From positions 3,488,001-3,552,000 of the forward strand of contig OZ241362.1 of assembly GCA_965200315.1 (NCBI GenBank): 64,000 nt of DNA, given 5' to 3'. The translations under genes were made by a program, and so were the position numbers. The stretch's first letter is position 1. Every line of letters starts with the position of its first letter. Shown here piece by piece: positions 38,197 through 47,821 of this stretch. A model generated the notes under the pieces. The model was not told the DNA's origin, did not search any database, and worked only from the letters and a program-made list of their open reading frames with translations. The DNA comes from Candidatus Latescibacterota bacterium. GTDB lineage: Bacteria > Latescibacterota > UBA2968 > UBA8231.

Positions 38197-39216
38197 ATGC
38201 TCGCAAATGATCGCCCGGTGCGCGTCGGCATCTATGGCACTGGCCGTTTCGCCAACCAAACGCACCTGCCCAACCTGAGCAAGCTCGATGGCGTCGAGTT
38301 AGTCGCCGCGAGTGATCCCAACCCGGACAATCTCGCCGCCACCGCGCAAAAGTTCTCCATCGCCCGCACCTATGAGGACCCGCAGCAGATGCTCGCGCAA
38401 GAGCAGATCGATGCACTCTATTCGATCGTGCCGGCCTTTGCGCGCACGGATGTGGAAGCTGTGGCCGCCGCGCAGGGAATCCACCTCTTCAGCGAGAAAC
38501 CGCAATCACCGAGCATGGCCGTTGCGCGGCGCATCGCCGCTGCGGTCGCCGAGGGCAGCGCGATCTCAACGGTTTGTTTTCGCGAGCGCTACCGCCCGCT
38601 CTTTCAGGAGGCCCGCCGCCTGCTCGCGGATAAGGCCGTCACCCACATCCGCTTCCAGAGCACAGCCGGTCTGCCCTTGCTCGAAGCCGAGGTTCCCGAC
38701 CCGGACAGTTGGCACTATCAGATGGACAAGAGCGGCGGCTCGGCCTTCGACTGGGGGGTACACGCCGTTGACTACGCGCGCTTTATGAGCGGCCTTGATA
38801 TTATCCAAGCGCAAGCGTTTTACCACCATCCCGCTCGGTACAACACGCCGCTGTCGTGTTCGTTTAACTTTTTGTTGGCAAACGGAGCGACTATGACCTC
38901 GACGTTCCTCGCGACCACGCCCGCCGCTCCGAGCGACGAGCCGCGCTTCACCGTTTTTTACGAGGGAGGATACTTGGCGCTGTGGATGTACGACCGAATC
39001 GAGGTCAACGGCGAGGTGGTGTACGCGCCGGATGAATTCGACCCGTGGTTTGAGCAAGATCGCGTCTTCATCGAGGCCGTGCGCACCGGCAACCGCGCCC
39101 TGCTCCTCAACGACTATGCCGACGGCCTTTATTCGCTGGCCCCGGTACTGGCGGGGTGGGAGTCGGCGCGGCGCGGCGGGGAGTTGATTGCGGTGGCCGA
39201 ATTTATGGCGAGCTAA
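38197..39216 (+). CDS. Gfo/Idh/MocA oxidoreductase
   Basis: GIYGTGRFA, SEKP, SGGSAFDWGVHAVD. Confidence 0.88.
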   Translation: MLANDRPVRVGIYGTGRFANQTHLPNLSKLDGVELVAASDPNPDNLAATAQKFSIARTYEDPQQMLAQEQIDALYSIVPAFARTDVEAVAAAQGIHLFSEKPQSPSMAVARRIAAAVAEGSAISTVCFRERYRPLFQEARRLLADKAVTHIRFQSTAGLPLLEAEVPDPDSWHYQMDKSGGSAFDWGVHAVDYARFMSGLDIIQAQAFYHHPARYNTPLSCSFNFLLANGATMTSTFLATTPAAPSDEPRFTVFYEGGYLALWMYDRIEVNGEVVYAPDEFDPWFEQDRVFIEAVRTGNRALLLNDYADGLYSLAPVLAGWESARRGGELIAVAEFMAS

Positions 39217-40070
39217 GCGTGGGTCGTATCGCGCGGCGGTGGGGGGCCGCAGGCGGGTACCGAGAGTTTTTAGGGCTTGCCCTGCCGTTGATTCTGAGCA
39301 CGGCTAGCTGGAGCATCCAGCACTTTGTCGATCGGGTCTTTCTCTCTTGGTATTCCACCGAGGCGTTGGCGGCCGCGCTACCGGCGGGCCTGGCCAACTT
39401 CACCTTCATCAGCCTCTTCATGGGCACGGCCCAATACGCCAACACGTTTGTCGCCCAATACATGGGAGCGCGGCGGCTGACGCGGGTGGGGCCGGCCGTG
39501 TGGCAAGGGGCGTACGTGGCCCTGTTCAGCGGGATCTTGGCCTTGCTGCCAGCCGCCTTTGCCGGCGAGCTCTTCGCGTTCATCGGCCACGCCCCGGACA
39601 TCCGCGCCGCTGAAGCCCAATACTTCCGCATCCTTTGCTACGGCACCGGGCCGCAGGTCTTGTCCACGGCCTTCTCGTGCTTTTTTAGTGGGCGGGGGCA
39701 GACGTGGGTGGTGCTGGCGGTCAACGTCGTGGCTATCAGCGTCAACATCATCTGCGACTACGGCTTGATATTCGGGCACTGGGGATTGCCTGAGTTGGGG
39801 ATTGTCGGGGCGGCGTGGGCCACCAATATCGGCTTGGTGGTCTCGGCTCTGTGTTTCGCGGTGCTGTTTTTGAGGCCGCGGTATCGCAGCGAGTACGCCA
39901 CCTTGCGCGGCTGGAAACCCGACCTCAAGCTGCTGTTGCGCCTGTTGCGCTTCGGCGGCCCCAACGGCGTCAGCTTCATGCTCGACATCATGGCCTTTAC
40001 GTTCTTTTTGTTTAGGCAATTAGTATTTAAGGGCTTGACTGTCCCTTGATTCTCTAGTACTTTTCTCTGT

Positions 40071-40581
40071 ATGAACAGAGTTAGACTTGGCGATATTTGT
40101 ACCGTCCGCAAGGGGGCTGCTCCGACCGCCTTTGATGGAGATATACCCTATCTGACGATGGAGTACCTTCGCGGGGAAAAAAACGAACCGCCGCTAGTCA
40201 AACCCGATTCTAATAGCCTTCTGGCGTCCGATGGAGACATCCTACTGCTATGGGATGGGGCAAACGCTGGGGACTTTATACGAGCCAAGAGAGGCGTAGT
40301 ATCTTCGACGGTTGCCCTGCTTAATCCCAATACTCAAATCGTTGATCTTGACTTTTTCTACGCAGCCTGTAAGAGAAAAAGCAACAAGAACGGGTACTAC
40401 GATCCCCCACGTACATGGGAAATCTCTTGCAACTATCCTCTTCGATCTACCCCCCCTCTCCGAACAACAAGTTATAGCGGAACTATTGGGGAAAGCCCGT
40501 CAAAGCGTTGAATTAGCCCAGCAGCTAACCGAAAAATACCGACTACAAGAAAAAGCACTAAGGAAACGTTTGATACCATGA
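40071..40581 (+). pseudogene. hsdS: Half-length type I R-M specificity subunit (one TRD plus conserved helix), frameshifted
   Basis: MNRVRLGDICTVRKG..IPYL..GDILLLWDGANAG..SST..DFFY, then in the +1 frame TGTTIPHV..LPPLSEQQVIAELL. Confidence 0.85.
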
Positions 40582-40648
40582 GAAAGCCCGTAGAAGGTGC
40601 GAACTTCTACGGGCTAAGTACTACCCCTAACCAACAGAAAGGACGACG

Positions 40649-40900
40649 ATGGCGATTGTGCCAATTACGGGGAAAAATCTCTTGCATGTACTAGCCGAGA
40701 TGGGGATAGAAAAACAATTTCAAATCTATAAGGCAGGAGAGATTCGCGTTTTGCCTGTTGAGCCGGACCCTGCTTCTCACTTTTTGCTGTCTTTCGATGA
40801 ATGCCACTATTTGATTCCTCGAAATGAGGCTCTTGTACTGGCTGATTTTTTTGCAAATTACCACCAGAACCACCCTGCTGAGGAGCAGTCATTTGATTGA
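40649..40900 (+). CDS. 83-aa hypothetical IS passenger protein
   Basis: GAAAGGA SD, ATG start; ends convergent with the transposase. Confidence 0.6.
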   Translation: MAIVPITGKNLLHVLAEMGIEKQFQIYKAGEIRVLPVEPDPASHFLLSFDECHYLIPRNEALVLADFFANYHQNHPAEEQSFD

Positions 40901-40910
40901 CTCCGTATGG

Positions 40911-41783
40911 CTACGCAAAGCAGGCCCGCAAGAAACCGTTGAAGGCGTCGGCGTCTTTGCGGTGGTTGTATTTCCAGACCGCTTCTGCTACGAACAAGGG
41001 CGACCAACCTTTCGTGTACTTATGATGCGAGCCGTACCAAGCGCGTTTGAGCAACGACCAAAAGCCTTCAATGGTATTGGTGTGTAGGGTCTTGTTGCTG
41101 GCGTCAACGTATTCCTCGGTGCGGTGGTTGACGGTGCGGTGCGGCATCAGCTTGTGAGCGTTGAAATAAACCGTGTACTCGTCCGTAATCAACGACGATT
41201 CTTCTACCTCGACAGACTGCGCGATAAAGTCCAAGACGGTCGCGGCCTTAGTGTCGTCTGGTACAGCGGCTTTGACGCGCCCCCCGCGCTGGACGGCTCC
41301 AACGACGGGCGTTTTGCCAGTACCGCGCCCGCGCTTGTTGTTGTCGTTCTTGTAGCGAGGCTTACCGCCTACATACGTTTCGTCGGCCTCGATGATGCCG
41401 CGCAGTAGGGCCTTTTCGTCCGATGCCATAGCGGCGCGAATCCGCTGTTGCATGAACCACGCGCTTTTCTGGTTGAGTTCCAGATCGCGGGCTAGCTGGC
41501 AACTCGACAAGCTCTTTTTGGCGTTGGCCATTAGCGAGATGGCCAAGAACCACTTTTGCAGCGGGATTTTGGTCCCCTGAAAAATGGTTTGGGACAAGAC
41601 ATTAAAACTAGAATGGCAGCCGTGGCAGTTCCAGCGGCCTACACGCTCATTCTCCGCTTTGCGGGCAACGTCACAATCGCCGCACAACGGGCAATAGGGG
41701 GCATTATTCCAGCGGATTTGCTCTAGATGAGCGATGCAAGCGGCTTGGTCGGGGTACTGATTGAAGATGCTTATTAGGTTCAT
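40911..41783 (-). CDS. tnpA: IS1595-family DDE transposase
   Basis: Zn ribbon CPLC..CHGC; EADETYVGGK, ITDEY, HTNTIEGFWSLLKR; AGGAGG SD. Confidence 0.96.
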   Translation of the reverse strand: MNLISIFNQYPDQAACIAHLEQIRWNNAPYCPLCGDCDVARKAENERVGRWNCHGCHSSFNVLSQTIFQGTKIPLQKWFLAISLMANAKKSLSSCQLARDLELNQKSAWFMQQRIRAAMASDEKALLRGIIEADETYVGGKPRYKNDNNKRGRGTGKTPVVGAVQRGGRVKAAVPDDTKAATVLDFIAQSVEVEESSLITDEYTVYFNAHKLMPHRTVNHRTEEYVDASNKTLHTNTIEGFWSLLKRAWYGSHHKYTKGWSPLFVAEAVWKYNHRKDADAFNGFLRACFA

Positions 41784-42464
41784 TTTCGTACCTCCTTTAA
41801 CTACTATAAAGATAGGAAAATAAAGAAGATATGGCAAGCCCTTAAATACTAATTGCCTTTGTTTATCGTGGGCCGCTTGGGGCCGATCCCACTGGCGGCG
41901 ACGAACTTGGCCTTTCACATCAACAGCCTCGCCTTTATGCCGCTCATTGGTTGCGGCATTGCCGTCTCGACGATGGTCGGCCAGTGCTTGGGGCGCGAGC
42001 AGCCCGAAGCGGCCGAGTACTGCACGTGGTCGGGCTTGCACTTGGCTATGCTGTACATGGGGACGATGTCCGTGGGCTACGTGTTGGTGCCGGAGTTTTT
42101 CCTCGCGCCTTTTGGCGAGGAAAAAGACGCCAACTTTGCGGTCGCGCATCAGATCGCCGTGGTCTTGCTGCGCTTCGTGGCTCTGTATTGCGTCTTCGAC
42201 GCCGCCTATATAGTCTTCGCGGCGGCCCTGAAGGGCGCGGGCGACACCCGTTTCGTCATGTGGCTCTCGATCTCGCTGGCTTGGGCGATCATGGTCGTGC
42301 CGTCTTTCGTCGCCCTAACTTATTTCGACGGGGGGCTATACCTGATATGGATCTTTTGCTGCGCGTATATATGCGTCTTGGGCGTGGCTCTCTATTTGCG
42401 CTTTCGCACGGGCCGTTGGCAGAGTATGCGGGTTATTGAACGGGCGGATGAGCGTGGGTGAACC

Positions 42465-43451
42465 CTACAGCGGCTTGGCTACGGCTAAGCCCGTTCCCAC
42501 TTCTGACACGCGATTCCACCCCGATCCTCTGAGACCGGCATAGATCATGTAATAGGTCCCATTGATCGCAAACACCTGTGGGGTCAGGAGGCCGTCTCGA
42601 TCCCAAGCATCGGCATCGGTCGCAGGCGTGAAGATTGGGTTGTGTGGGTTGGGTTCAAAGGTGCGGAAGTCGCGCGTACGGACGTGCCCAATGGTCCAGA
42701 CCTTGCCGTCGTAGCCGCCGTAGAACAGATGGAAGTAGCGCGGCCCCTTGAGGATTTCGGCTTCGCGCACACCATAGCGGTCCCACGCCTGTCCCGAGCC
42801 GCAGAACACGGGGTTGGCGGGATTTTTGGTGACTTTCGCTGGGTTGCTGGTCGGTGCGGTGGCGTGACAAATGGTCGGCACGTTGTAGAGGATATCGCGC
42901 CGTGCCGGTGGCGCTGGCGACTCGCCGGTATAGACCATGTGAATGACGTTGCCCGCCACGGCCACGGAGGGATGGGAAGAGCCGTGTTGCTCGTGCGCTC
43001 CGCCGACTGCAACTACCGGTTCATTGCCAATCCGCGTCCACGCTCCAAAATCGCCGGCGCTGACTAGCAGGCCGGTCTGTTTGCGGCGGGGCTTGTCCTT
43101 GCCTTGGGTGCCGAGATAATAGGCATAGTAGCGCTGGTCGGCGGGATTCCAGAACGGAAATGGGTATTCCACGCCGTGATTGTCGAATCCGTCTGCGGAA
43201 GGCAGGAGTATGGGATTGCGCTGGTCGTGCGTCACCTCCGTAGGGTCGGAGACTGGCGCAGAGCTGTGCATGTGTACCCAGCTACCATCTCCTCCCTTTT
43301 TGGCCCATAGATAATGCACGGTGTCGGACACGACGATGGCGTGACTGGCAGCCGCCCACGCGGGTGGTGCGCAGTATAGCAGCGGCTTCTCGGCGGTGAG
43401 CCGCTCGAAGCGGGCGAATGCTGCAAATGGGATTGGGTCGTTGGTGTTCAT
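42465..43451 (-). CDS. Five-bladed beta-propeller glycoside hydrolase-like protein (GH32/43/117/130 type)
   Basis: Repeated NP(I/V)(L/F)....WD motifs, YYAYYLG, FHLFYGG, YYMIYAG. Confidence 0.7.
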   Translation of the reverse strand: MNTNDPIPFAAFARFERLTAEKPLLYCAPPAWAAASHAIVVSDTVHYLWAKKGGDGSWVHMHSSAPVSDPTEVTHDQRNPILLPSADGFDNHGVEYPFPFWNPADQRYYAYYLGTQGKDKPRRKQTGLLVSAGDFGAWTRIGNEPVVAVGGAHEQHGSSHPSVAVAGNVIHMVYTGESPAPPARRDILYNVPTICHATAPTSNPAKVTKNPANPVFCGSGQAWDRYGVREAEILKGPRYFHLFYGGYDGKVWTIGHVRTRDFRTFEPNPHNPIFTPATDADAWDRDGLLTPQVFAINGTYYMIYAGLRGSGWNRVSEVGTGLAVAKPL

Positions 43452-43486
43452 AGCGGCTACTAGGTGATTACTATCTCGCCATCAAG

Positions 43487-43717
43487 CTACCTATTCGGCA
43501 CCTTCTCATGCAACTGCTCATATGCCTCATATACGTCCTCTGGATCGGGAACAACCGGCATTGTGCGAATCCGACCGTGTGCATACCAATTCCGAAACCC
43601 GAAGTATCCCTTGGTCGCCGAGCAAACCCTCCGAAACTCCTCGTCGATGCCGCTGAATCCACCGTCGTACAGGTTTCTCGTATCTGCGCTCTCGCCTCGC
43701 AAATTCCCACTCGTCAT
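43487..43717 (-). pseudogene. Fragment bearing an HEPN-like RxxxxH motif
   Basis: YFGFRNWYAHGR; short, with no convincing N-terminus. Confidence 0.45.
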
Positions 43718-43735
43718 TTTCTATATGCAGCAGCA

Positions 43736-44032
43736 TTACGAGAAGGGGACCGCCCGAGACCACAGAGCACCTATAATAAAACGCCCGACTGGTCTAAAGG
43801 TGAGAATCTGGCTGTCTAAAAAGATAAGTCGTAGAAATCGGGCTTCGTAATCCCCAAGCTGGTCTTCCCGGATCGGGATATTCCCTGACTGAATCTCCAG
43901 CCAGTTTTTGTCTTCAAGAGGCTGCAACCACTCAGTTATCCTCGACATCAGCTTTTCGCAGTTGGCTATCCATTCCTGACGAACTTCTACATGTTTAGTC
44001 GCCGCCCTGCACCACTTCCGCTGCATCCGCAC
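43736..44032 (-). pseudogene. Hypothetical protein fragment
   Basis: Low-GC ORF with protein-like composition (EVRQEWIANCEKLMSRITEWL..IREDQLGDYEA..FRPVGRFIIGA); ragged ends. Confidence 0.45.
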
Positions 44033-44180
44033 GGCTACTCACAAGTACATCCAGAATTACAACGACTGCGACGAACTCTACGACCTCGGGCAAGACCCCG
44101 ACGAGTTGCACAACATCGCCACCGCTGCTCCTGATGTGGTGGCCGATCTTACGCGCCGCTTGCGCCGCCGTTTGGGCTGA
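44016..44180 (+). pseudogene. C-terminal fragment of a sulfatase
   Basis: FRCIRTATHKYI..DELYDLGQDPDELHNIA..LRRRLG*. Confidence 0.75.
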
Positions 44181-44189
44181 GGCGGCACC

Positions 44190-44213
44190 GGGGGCGCGAG
44201 CGTCTTGCCCGCT
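44190..44213. repeat. REP-like palindrome
   Basis: GGGGGCGCGAGCGTCTTGCCCGC, related to 27625. Confidence 0.5.
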
Positions 44214-44233
44214 CAGCGAGCCAAAGGCGGCCC

Positions 44234-44935
44234 CTACGGTTGGTTTGCTTTCCAGACTTGGTATTCGGCCAAGGTCTGCTCGTCGGGGGGATAGGTGCCG
44301 ACGATACTGGCTCCGGCGCGGATTTTCTCGGTGATGAAGCGCTCCTTTTTCTCCATCTCCTCGGCCTCGACAGCGACTTCTGAAGCCAGATGCGCGGGTA
44401 GGACCACAACCCCTTCTCCGTCGCCGACGAGGATGTCGCCGGGGAAGACCGCCACGCCGCCGCAGGCGATGGGCACTTGGATTTCGCTGGGGTGGTGGAT
44501 GGTTTTGTTGGTATGGGCGTTCATGGCCGCCGCGTAGGCCGGCAACCCCGAGGCGGCGATGGTCGGCGAGTCGCGGTAGGCTCCATCGGTGACGATCCCC
44601 GCGCAGCCCCGCACTTGCAGGCGCGCCGCTAGGATGGATCCCATTGTCCCGGCGCGGGTGTCGCCGCGGGCATCAATGACGAACACGTCGCCTGCGGTTA
44701 TCTGCTCAATGCCGATCCGCTGCACGTCTTTCAAGTTGTCCAAAGGAACCTCGTCGAGGTCTTCGCGTGCGGGGATGTAGCGCAGGGTAAAGGCCCGGCC
44801 GACCATCTGCATGTCGGGCGCGAGGGGCGCGACTTGGTGCATAAACGTGTTGTGTAGTCCCTTGTTGCGGAGCACGGACGTCAGGGTCGCCGTGCTAGCC
44901 ACTTTTAGTTTTGCGCTCAGTGCGGCAAAATCCAC
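44234..44935 (-). CDS. RraA/HMG-aldolase family protein
   Basis: VGRAFTLRYIPARED, GIVTDGAYRD, PGDILVGDGEGVV. Confidence 0.9.
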   Translation of the reverse strand: MDFAALSAKLKVASTATLTSVLRNKGLHNTFMHQVAPLAPDMQMVGRAFTLRYIPAREDLDEVPLDNLKDVQRIGIEQITAGDVFVIDARGDTRAGTMGSILAARLQVRGCAGIVTDGAYRDSPTIAASGLPAYAAAMNAHTNKTIHHPSEIQVPIACGGVAVFPGDILVGDGEGVVVLPAHLASEVAVEAEEMEKKERFITEKIRAGASIVGTYPPDEQTLAEYQVWKANQP

Positions 44936-44947
44936 AATTCGCTCCTT

Positions 44948-46006
44948 TCAGCGTATTTGCCCGCGGGCGTCAACCGGCCAGACGGCTTCCACGCGGCCGC
45001 CGCGCACGGCAAAAATCTGGTCGTGTTCGTTAAAACAGGGGCAGGGATGAACCGGCAAGACCTGCACCTGTTCGCCGATTTGGGGCTTGTCGTCGCAGGC
45101 TGATAGATCGACCTGTCCGTGTTCCTCCGAGGCCCCGCAGAAGATGGCTTGGGGGTACTCGACGATGTAGCCCATGACGGACGAGCCGTCCTCCTCGCGA
45201 TAGACTGCTGCGCTGAGCGACTTGCTGCCCCCGTCGAGGATGGCGCGGTCCGTGGCTGGTCGGCTGACCACGGTCATCAGCACCCGGCCAGCGCACTGGC
45301 CGACGCTGTGGGTCCCTCTGCGGAGATGGCCGACGCCGCCGACTGGGTACTCGCCGGCCCGGTACTCGGTCAGCTCGGGAATCTCGTGCGCCATAAACGC
45401 GCCCGGGGTGCTGCCGCCGCTGACGATGGGATGCGGCAGGCCCTGGCGGTCGAAATGCGCGAGCGTCTCTTGGATTAGCGGCCGCATGTCTGGAGTCGCC
45501 GGCATGGACATGATGCCGCGGAGTTCGATGTTGGGGGCTTGAGCGATTTTTTCGCCTAGGGCCGCCGCGGCCGCGGGCGATCCTACGCCCGTGCGTCCGC
45601 GGTCGAGTTCGACGACCACGCCCACGGTGACGTCCGCTTCCGCCGCGGCCGCGGCCAGCCCTTGCACGGTGTATTCAGAATCGGCCGCCACGGTCAGCCG
45701 GGTGTCTCGCGCCAGCGCAGCCAGCCGCGCCAGCTTTTGCGCCCCGATGATGTTGTAGGGAATCAGGATGTCGCGACCGACCCCGCCTTCCGCCATGACC
45801 TCGGCTTCCCCGAGCTTCTGGCAGGTGATGCCGATTGCCCCGCGCCGCATTTGCATATGGGCGATGGCTACGCACTTGTGGGTTTTGATGTGGGGCCGCA
45901 GGCCAATGCCGTGCTCGTCAAAGTAGCGTTGGTAGCGGTCGAGGTTGTCCTCCAAGCCGTCGAGATCGACGACGAGGGCGGGCGTGTCGAGGTCTTCTAA
46001 GCGCAT
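44948..46006 (-). CDS. D-threonine aldolase/DSD1 family PLP enzyme
   Basis: LDTPALVVD, LRPHIKTHK, SGGSTP, DGGSK, SEEHG, PVHPC. Confidence 0.9.
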   Translation of the reverse strand: MRLEDLDTPALVVDLDGLEDNLDRYQRYFDEHGIGLRPHIKTHKCVAIAHMQMRRGAIGITCQKLGEAEVMAEGGVGRDILIPYNIIGAQKLARLAALARDTRLTVAADSEYTVQGLAAAAAEADVTVGVVVELDRGRTGVGSPAAAAALGEKIAQAPNIELRGIMSMPATPDMRPLIQETLAHFDRQGLPHPIVSGGSTPGAFMAHEIPELTEYRAGEYPVGGVGHLRRGTHSVGQCAGRVLMTVVSRPATDRAILDGGSKSLSAAVYREEDGSSVMGYIVEYPQAIFCGASEEHGQVDLSACDDKPQIGEQVQVLPVHPCPCFNEHDQIFAVRGGRVEAVWPVDARGQIR

Positions 46007-46108
46007 AGTGGCCTTTCCTGCATGAAGGTGGAAATCGCCGCGATAAAATAGCAAACCAATCCCGCCGCAGAAATTGACGCGCTTAGGTCCCTTGCCTTTT
46101 GTTGCAAG

Positions 46109-46633
46109 ATGCCCATCGATCTCCAACCCTCCACGCCCGTCTCATTAGTCTGCGCAGTATTGGCCGATTCCGCAGAGACGCTCGCCGCCGCCAAAGAACG
46201 CCTCGCCGAATACTTCGGTCCTCTGCGTACAGCAAGTGCGACCTACGACTTTGATTTCACCGCGTACTACGAAGCGGAAATGGGTGCGGGGCTGTGCAAA
46301 CAGCTCGTGTGCTTTGCCGAGCGGATTGACCCCGCCGAGCTGGCGGGCGTCAAGGCGCAGACCATGGCACTGGAGCGGGCGATGAGCCAAGGGCGGTGCC
46401 GCCGCGCCAATATCGACCCAGGACTGCTCTCAATCGAGAGCTTAGTGTTGGCTACGACCAAGTGCGCTGGCCACCGGGTGTGCATTGCCCCGCAGCTCTA
46501 CGCCGAGGTGACCCTACTCTATCAACGGGGGCGTTACCGGCCTCTCGAATGGACGTATCCCGACTATCGGGGGGACGCGGTGCAGCGGTTCTTGCTCGAA
46601 GTGCGGCCTTGGTTGCTGGCAGTGCGCGACTGA
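46109..46633 (+). CDS. DUF4416 family protein
   Basis: FTAYYEAEMG, RRANIDPG, LVLATTK, WTYPDY. Confidence 0.85.
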   Translation: MPIDLQPSTPVSLVCAVLADSAETLAAAKERLAEYFGPLRTASATYDFDFTAYYEAEMGAGLCKQLVCFAERIDPAELAGVKAQTMALERAMSQGRCRRANIDPGLLSIESLVLATTKCAGHRVCIAPQLYAEVTLLYQRGRYRPLEWTYPDYRGDAVQRFLLEVRPWLLAVRD

Positions 46634-46635
46634 GG

Positions 46636-47766
46636 TCAGCCCCGCTCGCTGAGCGCGACAAACGCGCGGTGTTCCGGCCCGGTGTAGATGTGGTTGGGGC
46701 GGATGAGCCGGTTGGCGTCGTGCTGTTCGACTACGTGCGCCGCCCAGCCCACCACGCGGCTGGCCACGAAGATGGGGGTGTAGAGCGGGATCGGGATACC
46801 CATCATGTAGTAGGTGTACGCGCACGAGAAATCGACGTTGGGGAAGATACCTTTTTCGCTCATCATCGTCGCTTCGATCACGTCGGCTAGGTCGGGCCAC
46901 TTGGTGTCGCCGATGGCGGCGGCGATCTGCCGGCCAACCTTCTTCATCGTCGGGACCCGCGAGTCGCCGCTTTTGTATTCCCGATGTCCAAAGCCCATGA
47001 TCTTCTTCTTTTGCGCCAGCGCGTCCAGAACCCACTGCTCGGCTGCTGCGGGCGAATCTACTTCTAGGAGCATCTGCATGGCCGCCTCGTTGGCCCCGCC
47101 GTGCAAGGGGCCGTGCAGGGCACCGATGGCCGCGGTTATAGCGGCGTATAGGTCGGCGAGCGTCGAGGCCACGACCCGTGCGGTAAACGTGGAGGCATTG
47201 TACCCGTGCTCGGCGTAGAGGATCAGCGAAGTATTCATGGCCTCTACTTCGTACGCGAGCGGTTTTGCGCCGCGCAGCATGTAGAGCAGATTGGCCGCGT
47301 GGTCTAGCTCGGCGTCGGGGGCTACCGGCTCTAGGCCCTGTGAGAAGCGATAGCCGTAGGCGAGTGCGGTGGGAATTTTGGCCAGCAAGCGCACGGCCTT
47401 GCGCACGTTGGCATCGTGGCTGTTGTCGGGGGTCTCGGCATCGAAAAACGCCAAAGACGATACCGCAGTACGCAACAGGTCCATGGGGTGGGCGTCCGCC
47501 GGAGCGGAACGCAACAGGGCGACCACCGGGCCGGGCAGGTCGCGCTGGGAGCGCAGTTGTTGGTTGAATACCGCCAATTCGGCGACCGTCGGCAGCTCGC
47601 CGTAGAGTAGCAAGTAGGCGACCTCTTCGTAGGAGGCGTTTTCGGTCAGTTCGACTAGGTCGTAGCCGTGTAAGATCAGGCGGTTGATATCGATATCGAT
47701 GCGCGAAAGGGCGGACTCGCCGGCGATGACGCCTTCGAGGCCGGGACTATAGGATTTGTCGGTCAT
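46636..47766 (-). CDS. prpC: 2-methylcitrate synthase/citrate synthase
   Basis: GLEGV, YAEHGYNASTF, GPLHGGAN, GFGHREY, FPNVDF; next to prpB. Confidence 0.9.
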   Translation of the reverse strand: MTDKSYSPGLEGVIAGESALSRIDIDINRLILHGYDLVELTENASYEEVAYLLLYGELPTVAELAVFNQQLRSQRDLPGPVVALLRSAPADAHPMDLLRTAVSSLAFFDAETPDNSHDANVRKAVRLLAKIPTALAYGYRFSQGLEPVAPDAELDHAANLLYMLRGAKPLAYEVEAMNTSLILYAEHGYNASTFTARVVASTLADLYAAITAAIGALHGPLHGGANEAAMQMLLEVDSPAAAEQWVLDALAQKKKIMGFGHREYKSGDSRVPTMKKVGRQIAAAIGDTKWPDLADVIEATMMSEKGIFPNVDFSCAYTYYMMGIPIPLYTPIFVASRVVGWAAHVVEQHDANRLIRPNHIYTGPEHRAFVALSERG

Positions 47767-47821
47767 GCTGTAGGTCTCTCTATGGAAAGTGTTGGTCGTG
47801 GGCGAATTTGAGGCTAATAAT

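Larger units (their letters stand above)
40015..41857. mobile_element. Complete IS1595-family insertion sequence with passenger genes (1843 bp)
   Basis: Perfect 23-bp TIRs GGCAATTAGTATTTAAGGGCTTG (40015-37 / 41835-57); 8-bp TSD TTTGTTTA (40007-14 / 41858-65). Confidence 0.97.
39219..42461 (+). pseudogene. MATE family efflux transporter split by an IS1595 insertion
   Basis: Removing 40015-41865 restores the frame ..MAFTFFLFIVGRLG..; GAAWATNIG and ALKGAGDT MATE motifs. Confidence 0.92.

Noticed and set aside
40371-40382. Programmed -1 frameshift in hsdS at G-AAA-AAG
   Set aside because: The heptamer is not in the zero frame and the shift needed is +1; the A5 run is short for transcriptional slippage
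41784-42149. N-terminal 122 aa of the 412-aa transposase ORF
   Set aside because: Extends beyond the right TIR into antisense MATE sequence; the real start is ATG 41783 with an AGGAGG SD
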